A stretch of 60,203 nt of DNA. Source: an uncultured Fibrobacterota bacterium. GTDB taxonomy: Bacteria; Fibrobacterota; OXYB2-FULL-49-7; CAYNYI01. Made by a program: the position numbers and the translations under genes. Positions 58,542-60,203 of this stretch are shown piece by piece. Positions within the stretch are counted from its first letter, which is position 1. Every line of letters starts with the position of its first letter. The notes below the pieces were generated by a model. The model did no database searches. It was not told where the DNA came from and saw only the letters and a list, made by a program, of their open reading frames with translations. The stretch covers positions 1-60,203 of the forward strand of contig CAYNYI010000003.1 of assembly GCA_964401455.1 (NCBI GenBank), written 5' to 3'.

Positions 58542-60203
58542 TTAATGAACTTTAACCGGAAGCTTTACAACCGCCGATGTTCCTTTTCCTTTTTCTGAAA
58601 TAATTATGAGCTCCCCCCCATGATTCTCAACGATATTACGGCTTAGGTAAAGCCCGATGCCGGTGCCTTTGCCTACTTCTTTTGTAGAGAAGAACGGATC
58701 GAAGATATGGGATTTTATGCTCTCCGGTATTCCGCTGCCGGAATCTCTTATCTCAAAACAGACCTTATTACGGCTACTTTCAGTTTTAATCCGGATTTCG
58801 CCCCCATTTTCAACCGCGTCAAAACTATTAGAGAGCAAATTAAGTATTACGCGCCCGATTTCATTTTGATAACCCTCAAACCGGAGATCCCCGGAATACT
58901 CGCGTACTATGGTTATGCCGGAGTCATGTTTAGATAAAAGAAGCGAAACCTGAAGATCTATTTCTTTATGCAGATCAAATGGTCCCCACTCACCTGAATG
59001 CCCTGAATTTTTAACTGTGCCCGCGATACTGCAGATTCTTCCGGCAGCTATAATGTCTCTTTCTATCACCGATATCAGTTTTTCTTTATTGCACCCCGCT
59101 TTACCAAGCATTGATTTTAAAAGGAACATATCGTTTTGCAGAGCAGACGCCGGATTATTAATTTCATGAGCAATGCCCGAAGCGAGCCTTCCGATTACCG
59201 CAGAGTGTTTTATCTCTGTCATTTCATTTTCAAGTTGATTTTTTTTCTTCTCAACATCTCTAAGCTCAGTTATGTCAATAAAACTTATAATAGCACCCGC
59301 GATTTCTCCATTTTTGCCAACAATATGATCTGAGTTTTTGAGTATCCTTCTTTTCTTCCCGTCTTTTCTAAGAATTGAAATTTCTTCCCTGGATACCGGA
59401 GCCGTTACTTCTCCAAGAGTCAGACAACAAGAGGCACAATTTTTGGCTTCGGTACGAATTACCGTACATTTACGACCCATAATCTCTTCTCTTTTATATC
59501 CGGTGATTTTTTCAGCGGCATTATTCCACGTTATGATCTTGAGTTTTTCATTAACCGTAAAGACCGCTGACGGTACAATCCTGAAAAGCAGTTCAGAATA
59601 TTTCCTGGCGCTGATCATTTTATCCAGCGCTTCCTTCCGAAGGGTTATCTCTCTCGAAACAATAGTGAAACCGGTAAGGTCTCCATCTATGCCAAAAAGC
59701 GGGGACACTCTTGCGCTGAACCATTTTTTACCCTCATCGCCGAACTAATAGTCAAATTCCTCAGGCTTACCTTTAGATTTCACTTTTTGAACAGCATTTG
59801 ACAGAGGACCGGATAACTGCGAAGGGAAAACTTCCCGGAAGTTACGTCCCAGATAATCATCAGGCAATTCAATCATGCTCGTTTTTCCGTATGGTTCAAA
59901 AAACTTTGTAAGGACACCGTTTTTCTCTATTGTAAAAATAATTTCACTTATAGAAGAGAGAAGCATCCGCATGTTTTTTTCATTTTCTGAAAGAGCTCTG
60001 GAATATTCACGATATTTTCGGTTTTTAAATTCAAGATCCTTCAAAGAGTCTGTTCTTATCTTTTCATAAAGAGCACCAGTGAATGCTATAAATAGATATG
60101 AAACGGTAAAACGCATATTCTCATCAAATGACCAGGCACCGGTCTTTAACGCACCCGAATTCCGGATATATAGCCCCGCGAATAAAGCTAAAAAACTTAA
60201 AAG
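58542..60203 (-). pseudogene. Membrane PAS-PAS sensor histidine kinase interrupted by an in-frame TAG (59745-59747); N-terminus runs off the window
   Basis: The track ORFs 59745..60116 and 58542..59708 are in the same frame, separated only by TAG plus 12 sense codons. The continuous reading ...KPEEFDY*FGDEGKKWFSARVSPLFGIDGDLTGFTIVSREITLRK is one PAS domain. Upstream, the frame stays open to 60203 with TM-like sequence. Downstream are a second PAS, the H-box GIAHEINNPASAL and HATPase (DSGSGI, GTGIGL). Confidence 0.7.

Noticed and set aside
59745-59747. Genome-wide TAG reassignment or pyrrolysine as the explanation for the in-frame amber codon
   Set aside because: TAG terminates three proteins at their natural full-length ends: 28322 (T9SS cargo), 32784 (AraC regulator) and 39689 (lysA). 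No other gene in the window has an internal TAG, and no pyl genes are present here. Local readthrough remains possible and is listed as a finding.
1-60203. CRISPR arrays, rRNA or tRNA genes, IS elements and prophage genes
   Set aside because: I found no regularly spaced direct repeats, no transposase, integrase or phage-like ORFs, and no long non-coding stretch with rRNA or tRNA features while reading the spacers.

Overview
This 60.2-kb window looks like bacterial chromosome from an uncultivated, probably anaerobic, Gram-negative organism. The evidence is FlgD-Ig/T9SS-type C-terminal sorting domains, a PPi-type phosphofructokinase and NifS/NifU. About 58 genes are tightly packed, often with 1-30 nt overlaps. 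I saw no rRNA, tRNA, CRISPR array, transposase or integrase. The standard genetic code applies: TGA and TAA are the common stops, and TAG ends at least three full-length proteins. The housekeeping core includes rnhC, glgP, mnmA, nadE, a class A PBP, a fused Hcy-methyltransferase/MTHFR, ubiE, nifS-nifU, a DEAD-box helicase, lysA, proC and rho. There is also a glycolytic supercluster (pfp-fba-gap ... pgk-tpiA) and xth. Six less ordinary parts stand out. (1) A membrane-spanning AraC-type regulator with a CBM9-like outward domain sits directly upstream of two T9SS-tagged secreted proteins. (2) Four back-to-back histidine-kinase genes carry three receiver domains and no output domain, and the first has an in-frame TAG inside a PAS domain. 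(3) The DEAD-box helicase can only start at an ATT codon. (4) An AT-richer orphan three-gene envelope operon has its own strong promoter. (5) A small membrane protein is paired with a B12-radical-SAM enzyme. (6) A Lys/Cys-rich secreted mini-protein is inserted between gap and pgk. All functional calls come from motif recognition by eye; no searches were run.
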